A DNA stretch of 64,000 nt from the human T2T-CHM13v2.0 reference genome, Homo sapiens. This document shows positions 39,986 to 53,083 of the stretch, piece by piece; position 1 is the first letter of the stretch, and each line of letters starts with the position of its first letter. The stretch lies in NCBI RefSeq assembly GCF_009914755.1, contig NC_060946.1. One strand, given 5' to 3'. The position numbers were made by a program, and so were the translations under genes. The notes beneath the pieces were generated by a model that ran no database searches, was not told the origin of the DNA, and saw only the letters and a list, made by a program, of their open reading frames with translations.

Positions 39986-41783
39986 ACCCTCGGCCTCCCC
40001 AGGCCCCAGGAAGCCACCCTGCACCTCTGTCCCTGTCCTCGGGATGACTGACACCGATACCCCGAGTGGCTCCGGGCAGCAGCGCTGGCAGACAAGGCCC
40101 GCCTTCCTGCTGTGCTGTGCTGATCATTCCACGACAAGCCCGGTTTCTGCACTTCGGTGTGCTCGCTGGGGATTCGGCGGTGGAGGTGTTCCAGGAAGCT
40201 GTCCCTCCCGTGGCAAATACTGAGTTATTATCAGCCTTCCATCTGCTGTGGGAAACGGTGGGGCTCCACTCACGGCATTTGCATCTCGTCTAAAACGGGA
40301 GCATCGCCTGGGAGGCCGGCCCCGCCTGCTCCTGAGCTCTGAGGCTGTCTCGTTCGGAGGCGCCAGCTTGGGCTGTGCCACTTCTACCTGGTACCCGTCA
40401 GGGAGATGGATGGAGGCGGCCGAGAGTCTCCGGGAGCCGGATGGATCGCTGCCCGTGTGTGCATGTGTCCTACTAATTTACAGAGACGCAACTGCCCAAG
40501 TTTGCTGCTCAGAAGGTGTCCCTGGTCCAAAACACAGCTGTTCTCAGGTCCTGCTTGAAAACAAGAGATAGGACATGTAAATCGGAAGGCTCCGAGTTCT
40601 GTCATTTGCATGGAAGAAACATGAGTTAACGTTAGTATTTTGCTTCCAGAAATATACAATAACAGTGATAAACTATCTCCTGGGTATGTGATACTTTCGA
40701 GGGCAAACCTGGTGACAGGGACAAGAGGCATCAGAAACGTAAACAGGCTCTGGGTCTTTTCTCCTCCCCTCCGGAGCAGAGCTCAGCACACGGGAGACAC
40801 CGAGGGATCTTCCTGTAAGTGGACGAATGAGCTCTGCCACTTCCATCCCCAGGGCTGCGTGCAGGTGCAGGTGCAGGGGGCAGGGATGGGGGCAGCCTCC
40901 GTAGCTAAAGCTGTAGGGACAATCCAGGGGCTGCCCCGCCCAGCAGGGCGAAGAGATGAGACAGGACAGTGGCTGGGGGCAAATCAGGCGCTGGACCCCC
41001 AGCCTCGGGGGCCTGGACTCCATCCGGCACTCACTGAGGGTGGTTGATAGGAAGCAGGGAGTAAAGGGGAAGTTGAGGACAATCATTCTGATATAAATTC
41101 TATGCCCGGAGAATGACGCACAGTGCCTGCACAATGCCGTGTAACGTAAAAAGCCCAGAGCACTTTTCAATTCAAATTAAGGAGAATCTCCTAACTCCGA
41201 GCTCTGCAGATGCCAGTGAGAGGCTGAAGGGATCCCAGCCTTGAAGACATGGGCCTGGGGGCTGTTGGTGTCTCTTCTTCTCCAGCCTCATGACCCGAAT
41301 AGGATGCTGATGGCCAGGGAAAGCACCCAGGAGAGTTTGGGGAGGGGGATGAGCTCGGGGCCATGGGGCTGTGGGTGAACTGGAAGGGATGGCACAGCCC
41401 AGTCCAGGTCAAGGAGGAAGATGTGAGGGAGAAGAATCACAGGAACAAGCCTCCTCCGAGACGGGGAGCTCTGCGGGCCACGGGGCCCTCCCTGTGGGCT
41501 GGGTGCGGCTGAGCTGGAGTCTGAGGGTCAGAGTGTGGGATTCAGGACACTTTTTCTCCCTCGACCTAAGAGAAGGAGCCCCAGGGCAGAGGGCAGTGAG
41601 CCAGGACTGATGCCCAGGAGACCCCAGCCAGCCTGGGGTCCCCACCTCACACCTTGAGATCCGGAGACCCGGGTGGATGTGGCATACCCACTTCATGGCT
41701 GCAGGATCTGGAGACCTGTGGGGTCAGGCTTAACAGGAAGGGAAAAGAGCACAGTCAACCTTGAACCTCCATAAGGAGCATGA

Positions 41784-42180
41784 ATGTGTGAAGTGTGAAT
41801 GGTGTGTGGTGTGTGTGTGATGTGTAATGTGTGTGTATAAGAGTGGTGTGTGTGTGGTATGCGATGTGTGTGTGTTGTGTGTTTTTCTGTGTGTGTGTGA
41901 TGTGTGGTGTATGTATAATGTGGTGTGTATATAGGAGTGATGTGTGTGGTATGTGATGTGCGCATGGTGTGTGTAGTGTATGTGTTTCTGTGTGTGTGAC
42001 ATGGGGTGTGTGTACAGGAGTGGTGTGTGTGGTATGTGATGTGTGTGGTGTGTTTCTGTGTGTGTGACATGTAGTGTGTACAGGAGTAGTGTGTGTGGTA
42101 TGTGATGTGCGCATGGTGTGTGTGTGGCATGTGGTCTGCGTGTTTCTCTGTGTGTGGTAGGTGATGTGCGTGGTCAGTGT
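41784..42180. repeat. Complex TG-rich tandem repeat
   Basis: Recurring GAGTGGTGTGTGTGGTATGTGATGTG..TTTCTGTGTGTGTGA blocks. Confidence 0.9.
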
Positions 42181-43259
42181 AGAGATCAGTAATCCTCAGC
42201 AGCAGCAAACTCAGGCATTCATTCCCCTTGCCCTGTGCAGCCCCTAAAGCCTGCAGCCTCGGACAGACTCCCTGGACTCCCACGCATTGACTCGCCATTG
42301 TCCCTGCCACCCTCCCTCCCCAGTGCAGCTGTGAGTGCATCCTGTGGGCCGCCAGCTTTGGCTGTACCCCTTGGGAGACAGAATGGAGCACCTGAGGTCA
42401 CGCACGCAGGCGTTGCCCACGCCGGGAAAGGCGTTTCAGGAGAGCATGCCGGCCTCCTGGTGCACAGAACTGCCGTCAGGACATTCCCTGGAGAAGGGAA
42501 CAGAGGGAGACTTACAGAGGAGCACCCACCTCCCATGGCCTGGGCTCTGCCACCCCCTAATTGCTGCCACCAACAGCCATGAAGAACGGTCTGAAGGGCT
42601 GACACGGGTTCTGTCCTTGACTCGACTGGACCCACCTGGGGCTCCTGTTCAGCCTGGTGCCAAGCTTGAAGGCGGCCTGTCCCTCCAGCAAATGCAGAAC
42701 AGTGTCTCACCTTGGCAGCTGCTCACGTGCTCTCAGGCATCAGCTGTGCACCCCACCTGGCCCTCAGCTCAGTAGGCAGGACTGCCACTGTTCCTCTTCC
42801 ACACGTGAAAGACTCACAACTCCCCGAGATGAAACAGCTCAGCTTCAGTCCCATGACGGGGACTCCAGGCCCTGCACAACCACCCACGTCCCCACTCTGC
42901 TTCCAGGCAGCCTGAGTGCTCCAGAACCTTCTGGGTGCTGGGTCCTCCCTCTGAGCTAAGTGGAAAACCAAATCCATTTGTCTAAAGAGGTAATTGCAAA
43001 TTACACTATAAAATGTCAACAGAAAACATATTTGTGTTGGTTTTGTGAACCCTAAAAGGCTGTGACTATTGTTTTTCTACAACCTCACAAACTGCCCCCT
43101 CTTGCTGCTCTCTTGAGTGAGGGCCGTATGAGGTTTCCGTGGCCCCCTCAGCCCTGAGCAGCTGGGAGACCTGCATGGGTGAGCGGTAAAGACCTTCTTG
43201 GCAGGTGCCGCACCCAACCTACCTCATACGTATCCCACCGATCAGCAACAACCCCATTT

Positions 43260-43421
43260 CCCTGCACAGACTGAGGTTAGATGAGCCGACAAGTCTGCTC
43301 AGCATTTCGGACTCCCAGCACCATCCCAACTCCCCAGCCCCCTGCACAGACAGTGAGGTTAGATGAGCCGACAAGGGTACTCAGCGTTTCGGGCTCCCAG
43401 CGCCATGCCGACTCCCCAGCC
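43260..43421. repeat. ~80-bp tandem duplication (2 diverged copies)
   Basis: CCCTGCACAGAC..TGAGGTTAGATGAGCCGACAAG..ACTCCCCAGCC at 43260-43339 and 43340-43421. Confidence 0.95.
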
Positions 43422-43805
43422 GCCACTCTCTCAAGGCAGTTGTTGTCTGCCAAGTTCGCGGATGTTAACAAAGCTCACATGGTTTGTGGGTAGCCAGGGA
43501 AGTGGTCAGGACACCTCAGAGAGTCCCAGCAAACTCCCCAGCCTGACTGCACGGCTGCAGCACAGAGCACGTGTGGAGAAAGCTCCTGTGTTCCACTCCC
43601 ATCCTCGGCTGGTCCTCAGGAGCCAGGCCTGGCAGGATGGGTCTTCACACCTACTCGCAGAGGAGGGGGCTCACAGATCAGGGGCCAGGGCCACATCCCA
43701 TGCCCACCGCTGGGAGGAATTGCCCGTGAGACTTTCCGAGCACAGGCACCTGCTTCCTGCCACGGTGAACGCCTTGTGGTGGGTGGGGCTGTCCTGGCTC
43801 TCTGG

Positions 43806-44249
43806 CGACAGAAAGGCCCTACCTGCCCAGATTTCAGCCAGGCTCTGGAACATCCCCTGGGCCTATCTGGGCTCATCCCTATAAAACCTGGGTTTAGCAA
43901 GAACGCGACTGAGTCAGTTCAGCAAGAGCCCCTGCCCTCGACACCACATCAACCTCATGATCTGTTCAGGCTCCTCATTGTCCACCACACCCAGGTAATG
44001 CCTGTCGCCCTGGCCCATCCTCAGCGAAACCCTGTTGGGTCAGTGTAGCCAGAATTCCCCTGCCCCGATGTCTCCTCTATGTGACTTGCCGTGCCCTGCC
44101 CCCACCCTGCTCCCGGGCTATAAACTCCAACTTCCCATGCTATATTTGGTGTTGAGTCCAATCTTCCCCCACGTCTATCGTGATGGCCCTGAATAAAATC
44201 TTCCTCATTGTGCTTCAGCAGGTTCTGTTGCAGTATTTTTTCTTTAAAG
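43806..44249 (+). mobile_element. MER31-like ERV1 LTR
   Basis: TTTAGCAAGAAC..AGTCAGTTCAGCAAGAGCCCC, GGCTATAAA TATA box, AATAAAATCTTCCT poly-A signal. Confidence 0.75.
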
Positions 44250-44819
44250 CCAGAGCCACCAGGAGACACAGACGTGGTGCAGGGGGCCTGCCGTGCTGGC
44301 GGTGTGAGCCCAGAAGAGCCCGCTCTGCCACGGGCTCCGCAGTCGGAGAAGAAGCACACACATGTGAAGACAGGTGGGAAGCAGGCGGCCCTCCTGGGCA
44401 GAAAGGCACAGAATTCAGAAATAAAACACGTGCTCTGGAAACTTCTAGAAGACCTATTGGGTCAGCAAGGCCCTCGGGCAGCCACTAGTGCCCGGCAGTG
44501 AGGCTCTGAGGGGATCAGACCTGAGCCCAGACAGCATCTGATGCTGGACAGTGTTTCTGCTGATGGCCGGATGGCGGACCTCAGAAGGAGAGCCTGGAAG
44601 ATCCCCTGTGCTGAGGCGATGCAGAGAATACGACTCCCAGGCCCTTCTCTCCTCAACTGCCAGCGCCCCACAGGTCACGAAGGTTTCCTGGCCTCACAGT
44701 GGGTGCTGCAGCCACGTCGCCTGGAAGGTGAGGATGCAGTCACCAATCCTGTTATTGCCCCTCTGTGGGAGCTGAGCTGCTCACCTGAGACCCTGGATGG
44801 GGCTGTAAATCCCAGCTCC

Positions 44820-44970
44820 TCACACAATAAGATTTAATATTTGATGTCAGATTATTAGACTATAATGAATTTGCTGCTTTAATATTGATGAATAATCGGT
44901 CCTATTAAGGCTATGGGATGAGAATTTTGTGCAAAGAGAAAAATCAATTGCTAAATCAATCACACGTAGC
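44820..44970. promoter_or_regulatory. Candidate conserved non-coding element (PBX/HOX-type motifs)
   Basis: Non-repetitive AT-rich island with ATCAATCA (44955-44962), TGTCA (44845-44849) and several TAAT/ATTA cores. Confidence 0.4.
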
Positions 44971-45139
44971 CCTGAGTGAGGCAGCCGGGTGGCACCGCTG
45001 TGGGCCCGAGGGCTCAGCATCCCTCCAGAAAGACTGATCTACATGTTCACCTTGGGCCATGAAGTGTGACTTCCTCCTGAAGAGAGCTGGAAAAGTGAGG
45101 ATGCAGCCTAGACACTCGCATGCAGGCACGGAGAAACAA

Positions 45140-45560
45140 GAACCGAACTGCGTTCCCCCAAATTCCTATGGTGAAACCCTCACCCCAATGTGATGTTGTA
45201 GGAAGTGGGCCTGCAAGGAGGAGGTTCAGACCAACTGAGGTCTTGAGGGCGGGGCCCTGATGCAACAGGGCTGGTGTCTCTGGAAGATGAGTACCAGGGC
45301 TCTCTTCTCTCTCTCTCCCTCTCTCTCCCAGCCTCTGTCTCTGTCTCTCTCTCTCTCTCTGTCCCTCTCTCTCTCTCTGCCATGTGAGGACACAGTGAAA
45401 AAGTGCTGTCTGCAAGACAAGAAGAGCCCTCACCAGGCATCAAACTTAAGGGCACCTCTATCTTAGATTTCCAGGCTCCAGACTTGCAAGAAAATAAATT
45501 TCTGTTGTTTAAGCTGCCCAGCCTGTAGCATTTGTTATGCAGTCCAAGATGACTGGTGCA
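45140..45560 (+). mobile_element. MLT1A/MST-type MaLR LTR with an internal (CT)n tract
   Basis: GCCATGTGAGGACACAG..AATAAATTTCTGTTGTTTAAGC. Confidence 0.85.
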
Positions 45561-46102
45561 ATCATGATAAATCCCTGTGAAGTCTGACTCTCACATGATC
45601 TTTGGGTTTGGGTTCAAAAGAGGTTTCTGCTCCACCAACCCCAATACAGGCTAAGCAAATGCATGAGTTTGAGAAACTTGCAAATTAAAATAAGAGAACC
45701 CCACATGCAAAAGGAGACAAAGGATGTGACTGTGTCATGACAGAAATCAAAGAAGAGAAAGCAAGAACATTGGGTTCCCTCACCTTCCAACGCAGTGACC
45801 ATGAGGAAGGCATGGACTTGGCCTGAGCCTGTTTCCCCAGGTACAAAATCAGAGTGTGTGCAGACATCCTTTCTTCAGAGTGTTCATACAACACTGGAAT
45901 ACAGTAGCGATGGGAGTGATTTGGTTTGAAATTAAATCTGAAAATTGAAGTCCTGGCCAAATGTCCGGAGGTCTGTCAAGCCTGTGACCATTGGGCAGGA
46001 TGCTCAGGACATTCCTGATGCTTAGAGAAAAGCCGCCCAGGCAAGGGTCAGCTCAAAGCTCACTCCCCAGGGGAGGCTGGAGGGAAAGGAAGGCACAGGC
46101 TA

Positions 46103-46502
46103 TGTGTTACAAGAAAAACGTGGGGCTGTAACATACCCTCAAGCTGGGAGGGAGCTGAGGGGCCAAAGAATGCCTGGGACAAGCCCTACTTGGTAAGGAG
46201 ATGAGTTTTTTAGGACTCACACAGGAGGCACTCCCAGGCAGTATCAGGACAGCTCCAGGGATCTGCCCCACCACTATCTCTAAGCGGCTTTTAAGCTAAT
46301 TTTCTGGCTGTTTGCCTACTGTGTACAATGAGACTCTTTTTCTTGGTAGGTTCCCAGAAATGCTTCGGGATGTTTGGGTTCTCGGGGACATCTGTTCCTC
46401 AGCTGGACTGCATGGCCTTGGCTCACTGCCTAGCCTTCAAGGTTCAAGGAGCAAACATGCACTCCTAAGGAACCCAGTGGGGACCCCTCACCCCACACCA
46501 CA
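46103..46502 (-). mobile_element. ERVL-class solo LTR (LTR47-like)
   Basis: TG..CA termini with 5-bp TSD GGCTA (46098-46102 and 46503-46507). Contains GGGATGTTTGGGTTCTC..CATGGCCTTGGCTCACTGCC. Confidence 0.8.
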
Positions 46503-47101
46503 GGCTATGATGCTCTTAGGGGTTTTGGGTCTGGAGACCTCTATTTCCGTGGCACCTGCATGGGACGTCAGCCCTGTGTGACCCTATTTTCTGTTTCTGA
46601 ATCTCATCTCAGTGGCCACCACAGACTCCAAGGAGCCCCAGGGACACACACGGCCAACCCTGATGACGCAAGGGGCTCCACCTTCTCCCCTCCTCTCAGA
46701 GCTCCTCCAGTGTTCAGCTGCAGGAGGAACTCCCAGCCATGTGGGTCAGCACTTGTTGGGCCCTCCACACATCCCTCCTGCACATCGCCCTGACCACCAG
46801 GGGTTGATGGTGGAGGGGACCCACAGTTGGGGGCATCAGAGTGGGGTCACAGGGCCCCCAGCACGGCCCCATCTGTCTTAGTGCGTGCATCCCAGGGATG
46901 CTTCAAGAGTGTCAGTGGAGCAAATTGGGAACGAGTGCATTCAGGGAGAAGAGGATCTGGTTCTCATTGGACGGCATTCAAATCTCATTTCATGTGTGGT
47001 TCCTATAAGCCTGTAGACCTTTCTAGAAAGTCCATCTCCTGCTCACCCAAGGGTGTGTGGGCCCTGGGGCTCAGGACTACCAGCACGTGGTACATGGTGG
47101 G

Positions 47102-47498
47102 TGTCGAAGGTTGAAATATGTCCCCCAAAAAGAGATGCTAAGTCCTAGCCCCAAACACCTATGAACATCCTTCTTAGGAACGCAGTCTTTGCAGGTGGTT
47201 AAGGTGAGGTGCACTGCAGGAGGGCGGGCCTAGGCCCTGACCAGTGTCCTTACAAGAAGAGGAGAATTCGGACACAACACCTGAGGAGAAGGCCACAGGA
47301 CAATGGAGGCAAGAATGGAGCGACGTGACCACAGCCATGGAAAGCCTGGAGCCTCCAGAGGCTGGAAGGTCAAGGGAGGATCTCCCCAGAGCCTCCAGAG
47401 GGAGCAGGATCCTGCCAACATCTTGATTTCAGATTTCTGGCCTCTGGCTGAGATAGCCACATAATCTGTGGTGCTTTCTCAGGGCAGGCCAGGCCACA
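47102..47498 (+). mobile_element. MLT1B-like MaLR LTR
   Basis: GTCCCCCAAAA..GTCTTTGCAG..GTGTCCTTACAAGAAGAGG..CTTGATTTCAGATTTCTGGCCTC. Confidence 0.85.
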
Positions 47499-47697
47499 CC
47501 TGCAGTAGTTACCCAGTCATTATCAAGTGAACAATGACCTCTGTGTTCAGAATAATGTAACATGCTTGTTGTCTGTTTTGGTAAATTTGAGCTGAGATAG
47601 GTGTCTGCTGAGGTGCAAGCCTCCAGGCCTTTGGACATGTCTCACTCCCCAATCAATGTCTCACAGGAGTGACAAGACATGAGAAGGCAGCTAAGCT

Positions 47698-47880
47698 AAT
47701 TTGCCCCCAGGAGACACTTGGCAATGTCTAGAGGCATTTCTGGTCATCATAATTGAGGAGGAGTTGCTGCTGGATCTCAGGGAGGTCTCAATGCCCCTCA
47801 GCAGCCCCACGTGCACAGGGCAGCCCTCTGCATGCAAGAAACAGTGGTCCGTCCTCCTCTAAGAAGGTTGAAAATCACTT
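47698..47880. mobile_element. MER20 hAT MITE fragment
   Basis: TTTGCCCCCAGGAGACACTTGGCAATGTCTAGAGGCATTT..GGTTGAAAATCACT. Confidence 0.75.
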
Positions 47881-48664
47881 CTTCAGCTTAACCGGCTCTA
47901 ACACTTCAAATATGCAAACTCAAGCAAAGCAGAAAAGACACACTTGAGTTTCTCGAAAGCACTTAGATGAGTCTTATCCATCAACGCAGGAATGAAGACT
48001 GGTTGGACTGATGGGATTGGAGGTGAATGTGTCATTAAACACATCTGTTTTAGAGGGACCAGCCTCTCCACTTTTACATGACATAAACCAAGCAGGAGCA
48101 AGGCAGAGACGGCTAAAACCACCACAAATACTCCTTTTTCTCCCTCAAACTCTGGCCAACTTCATGCCTGAGCCCCTGAGCAGGACTGTGGCCGCATGAC
48201 CCAAGTCCAGCCAGTGGATCCAGGGCAGAGACGACATGCACCTCTCTGGGGACGGCTCCTGTTGGAGACAGGCAGGAGGACCCAGGCCCTGGGAAGTGCC
48301 CCTTTTACACTAGGAAGAGAGACAGAAATGCAGTCCTACAGGAAGGCTGGGGCTCCAGCTTTTCTATGAGGGCCTCAGGTGCCCATGCGATGCCATCTTC
48401 CCCTCCCAGATTATGTCAAATTAAACAAATCCAAATGGAAAAGGAGAAACTTTATGCCAAAAGGCTGAACACTCAGAATCTGCAAGCATCTCAAAATCAT
48501 ACAGAAAAGGCCTGTTCCCCTATAGGCAGGGGTGAGCAGGGCTTAGCAGACACCCTTAGGGCAGATTGGGTGAGCAAGGTTCATGCGCAGACAGCAAGAC
48601 CGGTGCAGCTGGACAGCAAGTGTTCTTTCTGAGGCTGACTGGTTCTCTGCTGGTTCTCCTTGGC

Positions 48665-49013
48665 TGCAGTGGACTGAATGTTTGTGTCCCCCCAGAATGT
48701 CTGTGTTGAAACCCCAGCCCCCAGATGATGGTTTTACAAGGCGGGCCTTTGGATGGTGATGAAGCCATGGAGCAGAAGTTTCATTAATGGAGTTAGTGCT
48801 GCCATAAAGGAGGCCTCGGAGAGCTTCTGCCACCTGAGGACACAGCAGGAAGGCACTTCTCTAAACCAGGAAGCAGGTCCTCACCAGCACCGGGGCTGCC
48901 GACGCCTTGATCTTGGACTTCCATCCCTTAGAACTGTGAGAAATAAACTCCTGCCATTTGTAAGTTACTCAGTCCATGGGACTTTGTTCCAGCAGCCCCA
49001 GCTGACTGAGACC
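48665..49013 (+). mobile_element. MLT1A MaLR LTR
   Basis: GGACTGAATGTTTGTGTCCCCC..CTTGATCTTGGACTTCC..AGAACTGTGAGAAATAAA..GACTGAGAC. Confidence 0.88.
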
Positions 49014-49619
49014 CTGGGAAAAGCAGACATTGGACACTCTGCACTTTAGTGCTTGCTCAGGCTCAGGCATGAGCCAGCATCTAGGTGCCTCTGTGGAGGA
49101 GAGAAGCCAGGTCAGAGGGGAAGGCATGGACCGTGGGTAACACTTGGCCAGTCTGGTCAGGTATGTCTCCTGCTGCAAGACCAAGGCCATCCCGAGACCA
49201 GCAGGCACCCTGGGGGAAGGGCAGTGTGGGATCTGGCTCAGGATCCCCTGGGCATGGACAAGACTTGGGGACTCCTAGGGGCAGCGATCTGGAGCCATGA
49301 ACAGCCTGCCCTGGCCATGAGCCCTTGACTCAACTAAAGAAAGATGGATTTACATACTTGACTTAAACCAAGTAAAACTACTTGGGAGAAAAAACAACAT
49401 CTAAAGGGAAGAGAATGAGGACCCCTGGCCTCATTTACACAGTCTGTGTGTCAGACGCGTCGCTGTGTATTCCGGTCAGAACAGCCTTTAGGTCAGGCTT
49501 TACGGAGACCATGGACACGCGGCCTCACGCATTGGAGATCTTCTGGGGTCACAGCTGGGTCATTCCACAGGACAATCTCGGTGTCCTGAGAAGCATCGCT
49601 GCTGTCAAGCAGCCAGAGA

Positions 49620-49985
49620 CGTAAACAAAGCTATTTCCACCCATCGTGGGAACGAGTTATCCGTTCTAATCAGAGTCGCCAATTTTGAGGTTACCCTTCA
49701 CTGTCCACTGGTCACCTAACGGCTGTCAGCCCTTGGGCCTCACTGGGTTGGTCCTAATTACCCGGCTCAGCTTCCTGAAGAAACAGCGGTGACTGGCGGC
49801 GGGCGGGGTGGACGAGTCTTCATTCTAGGAGTCGGCTGATTTGACCACTAATACATTGAAACACCAATCTAATCAGAGAGCCAATTAGTCAGCCTGGAGG
49901 AAGTGTGGCAGCTAAAATCAACACGTTTGCTGTAACTTGCTGGTGTAATGACCTGAAAGCAGCCAGTTATTGCTACTGAGTAGAA
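49620..49985. promoter_or_regulatory. Candidate developmental enhancer with duplicated homeodomain composite motif
   Basis: TCTAATCAGAG-N1/2-GCCAATT twice, plus CTAATTA, CTGTCA and GTAAACA, in non-repetitive DNA. Confidence 0.45.
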
Positions 49986-50122
49986 TGCATGGACATCTGG
50001 TCTCCTGTGTTTAGAGAGGCCTGAACCTCACCCCAAAACCAAACCCAGGTCAAACATCAGGACCTCACATCTGCAAAGCCTTGTTGCTGAGTCAGCAGGT
50101 CTCCAACAAATGTGCTTGAATG

Positions 50123-50853
50123 CAGTCCTTTCCAACTTCTCTGTCCAGGTTTGGATAATGAATATTTCGTATTTTGTGTTTTTAGGCCATATGGTTCCTA
50201 CCAAAATGACTCCACTCTGCTGTGGCAGAGTGCACGAGTTTCCTATTGTCTCACACACTGCCACGAAGTTAGTGGTTTACTACACATGCACTCATGGCCT
50301 CACAGCTTCTGTGGGTTGGATCCAGGCATGGCTCCACTGCAATCGAGGTGCTGCCTGCGGCTGTGTTCTCATCTGGACACTTGACCGAGGAAGGACCTGC
50401 CTCTCAGCTCCCTCCCGTGCTGGAATAATTCATTTCTCTGTGGCCACAGGACTGAGGACCCGGGTCCTGCTGTCCTGCTGCTCCAAGTCACACACAGCTC
50501 CTGGAGGCCATCTGCATTTCCCAGCCATGCAGCCTGTGCACGGCAGCCACTGTCTTCCATGGCAGCAAGGGCGACCGCAGAGGAGACGTCCTATCCAATG
50601 GAAAAGGCACAAGAGTGATGTCCTCACCTGCTCCACATTCTGTGGCTGAGAGGGAAGTCCCAGGTCCCACAGGAAAGGAGACAGCACATGGGGGCAGGAG
50701 AACCGAAGGTGGGGTGCATGGAGCCCTCAAAACACAAAGACAGCCACAGATGGCACAGACACAATAGAGCACAGCTGTGTTCCAGCAAACATTCATTTTC
50801 ACAAGCGGGCTATGGGTGGAGTCTGGTGCCCAGGCTGTAGCTGGCTGACCCCT
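50123..50853. mobile_element. MER58A MITE split by an MLT1 LTR
   Basis: Left half about 50123-50230 (GGCCATATGGT..CCACTCTGC). Right half about 50737-50853 (GCTGTGTTCCA..GCTGACCCCTG terminal repeat). Confidence 0.7.
50231..50736 (-). mobile_element. MLT1E/F-like MaLR LTR nested in MER58A
   Basis: TTAGTGGTTTA..CTCACAGCTTCTGTGGGT..AATTCATTTCTCTGTGG..GGACTGAGG. Confidence 0.65.
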
Positions 50854-51527
50854 GATATGGATCTTATCTTTACAAATAGAACTAACAATTACGAGAATCA
50901 GCTCATTTTATTTTATGTTTCACAAAATGTGGGTTATGATGATAGCCATAAGCTTGTGTCATTATTAGACTAGACGAAGAAAAAATCAAATGTTAAGTCC
51001 TGTTCTTAACCAATTGTAAGAAAGACCATAAGATTCCCTGGCTGTCCCCTGCAATGTTTTTGATCCTGTCACAAAGTCTTCTCTGCAAACATGTCTTCCA
51101 GGGCCAAAGCCCATCCTGTGAAGCTGGGGTTGCTCTGCCCAGCCCCAGCACCGCCATGCGAGACTCTGCTGTCCCTGGAGGCCTCCTGGACCTACGACAG
51201 GGCCTCGTATCACTCCTTCAACTTCATGGGATCCTCTTTCCACAATCTGCAATTTCACATTTCACAGATGCCAGTCCGCGCCTCATTGTCAAGCCGGATG
51301 TTCACAACTCACCATAATTCCAGCGGCTGAGGGACAGAGAAGAGGCTGCAGCAGGTGGGATCCAGGCACTCCCACCAAGGAAGGGCCAGCGCTGGAGAGG
51401 AGCCTACATGAGGAAGGAACTGATGGTCCATCAGAGAGACGCTCATGGTACGAGGAGCTTTGATTTCCTGAGCAACCTCAGAGCTGGGGGCAAGGGAGGA
51501 GGCAGGATTTCAATAAGGAATATTTGG

Positions 51528-51640
51528 TGTCTTAGTCTAACCAGGCTCCTGGAACAAAGCACCATACGCTGGGGGATTATAAACCACAGACATTTATTCC
51601 TCACAGTCCTGAAGGCTGGAAGTCCAGGATCAAGTCGCCA
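51528..51640 (-). mobile_element. MaLR LTR 3'-end fragment
   Basis: TGTCTTAGTC..ATTTATTCCTCACAGTCCTGAAGGCTGGAAGTCCAGGATCAAG. Confidence 0.8.
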
Positions 51641-52435
51641 GCGGCCGCTCTGTAGCAATAATTCATCGCTTGGGTCCAGCGTTAGAAGCAGGTCTCGGCT
51701 CTGGTGCTCAGAAGGGACAGCGTGTGCGGGAAGCTTTGCTGCCCTGGACGCGGCGCCACCACCCAACCCCGGCCCCTGCGGTCCCAGAGTATCAGCCACG
51801 ACTTGGTGCCTCCTGCCTGGGTTTCTCTGTGCACTTTCAGGCATGTTGAAGTCAGACCATTCACAGTTTTGCCGCAGGTCGACACGGAGTGCCCCGTGGC
51901 TTAGCAGGTGTGAGCTCTCTCTGGGGCTGGCCCGCTGGAGACACAGGCTGCGATGGAGAAGAAATGAAGTCCCAACCCCTGGCCTGCGTCAGGTTGAGAA
52001 CCTCCCACTTTCTCCGGCCGTTCTCCCTCCCTAGCAGCCTCCTAAGGGGACCGCACTTGCTCAGGTATCTCCCGGGGCCGTTTTCCTGTTCATCTCAGAC
52101 TTGTCAAAATGTTCACGCAGCTTCCAAAGCCTTTTACAGGCTGTCAAATATGTAACTGGATTTGAGTCCCACTGTTTAGCTAATGGCTCCTCAGCCTCTC
52201 CCATTCCCTGGGGATCTTTTTTATTTAACTTCTGAAATAATAGGTGGAATTTGAATCCTTTCAAGTGACACGTTGTATTTTCTCCTCTAATTATCCTGGA
52301 GGAAAGTGAAGTGGTTTTTGGGAGCCCGGATGGGGGCATGGGCAGGAGGGACCCCGCCTGGAGGTGAGTGCCGGCCCCAGAGCCTCACGTGGCTCTGAAC
52401 GATGGAATCGCAGTCACTGAGCCCAGGTGCTGTGA

Positions 52436-53083
<648 letters not shown>

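Noticed and set aside
41693-42391. His/Thr-rich 232-aa ORF
   Set aside because: It is the translation of a (CA)-rich simple repeat.
48400-48660. Possible additional LTR fragment next to the MLT1A
   Set aside because: LTR-like by eye, but I could not match a family or find termini, so it was not annotated.
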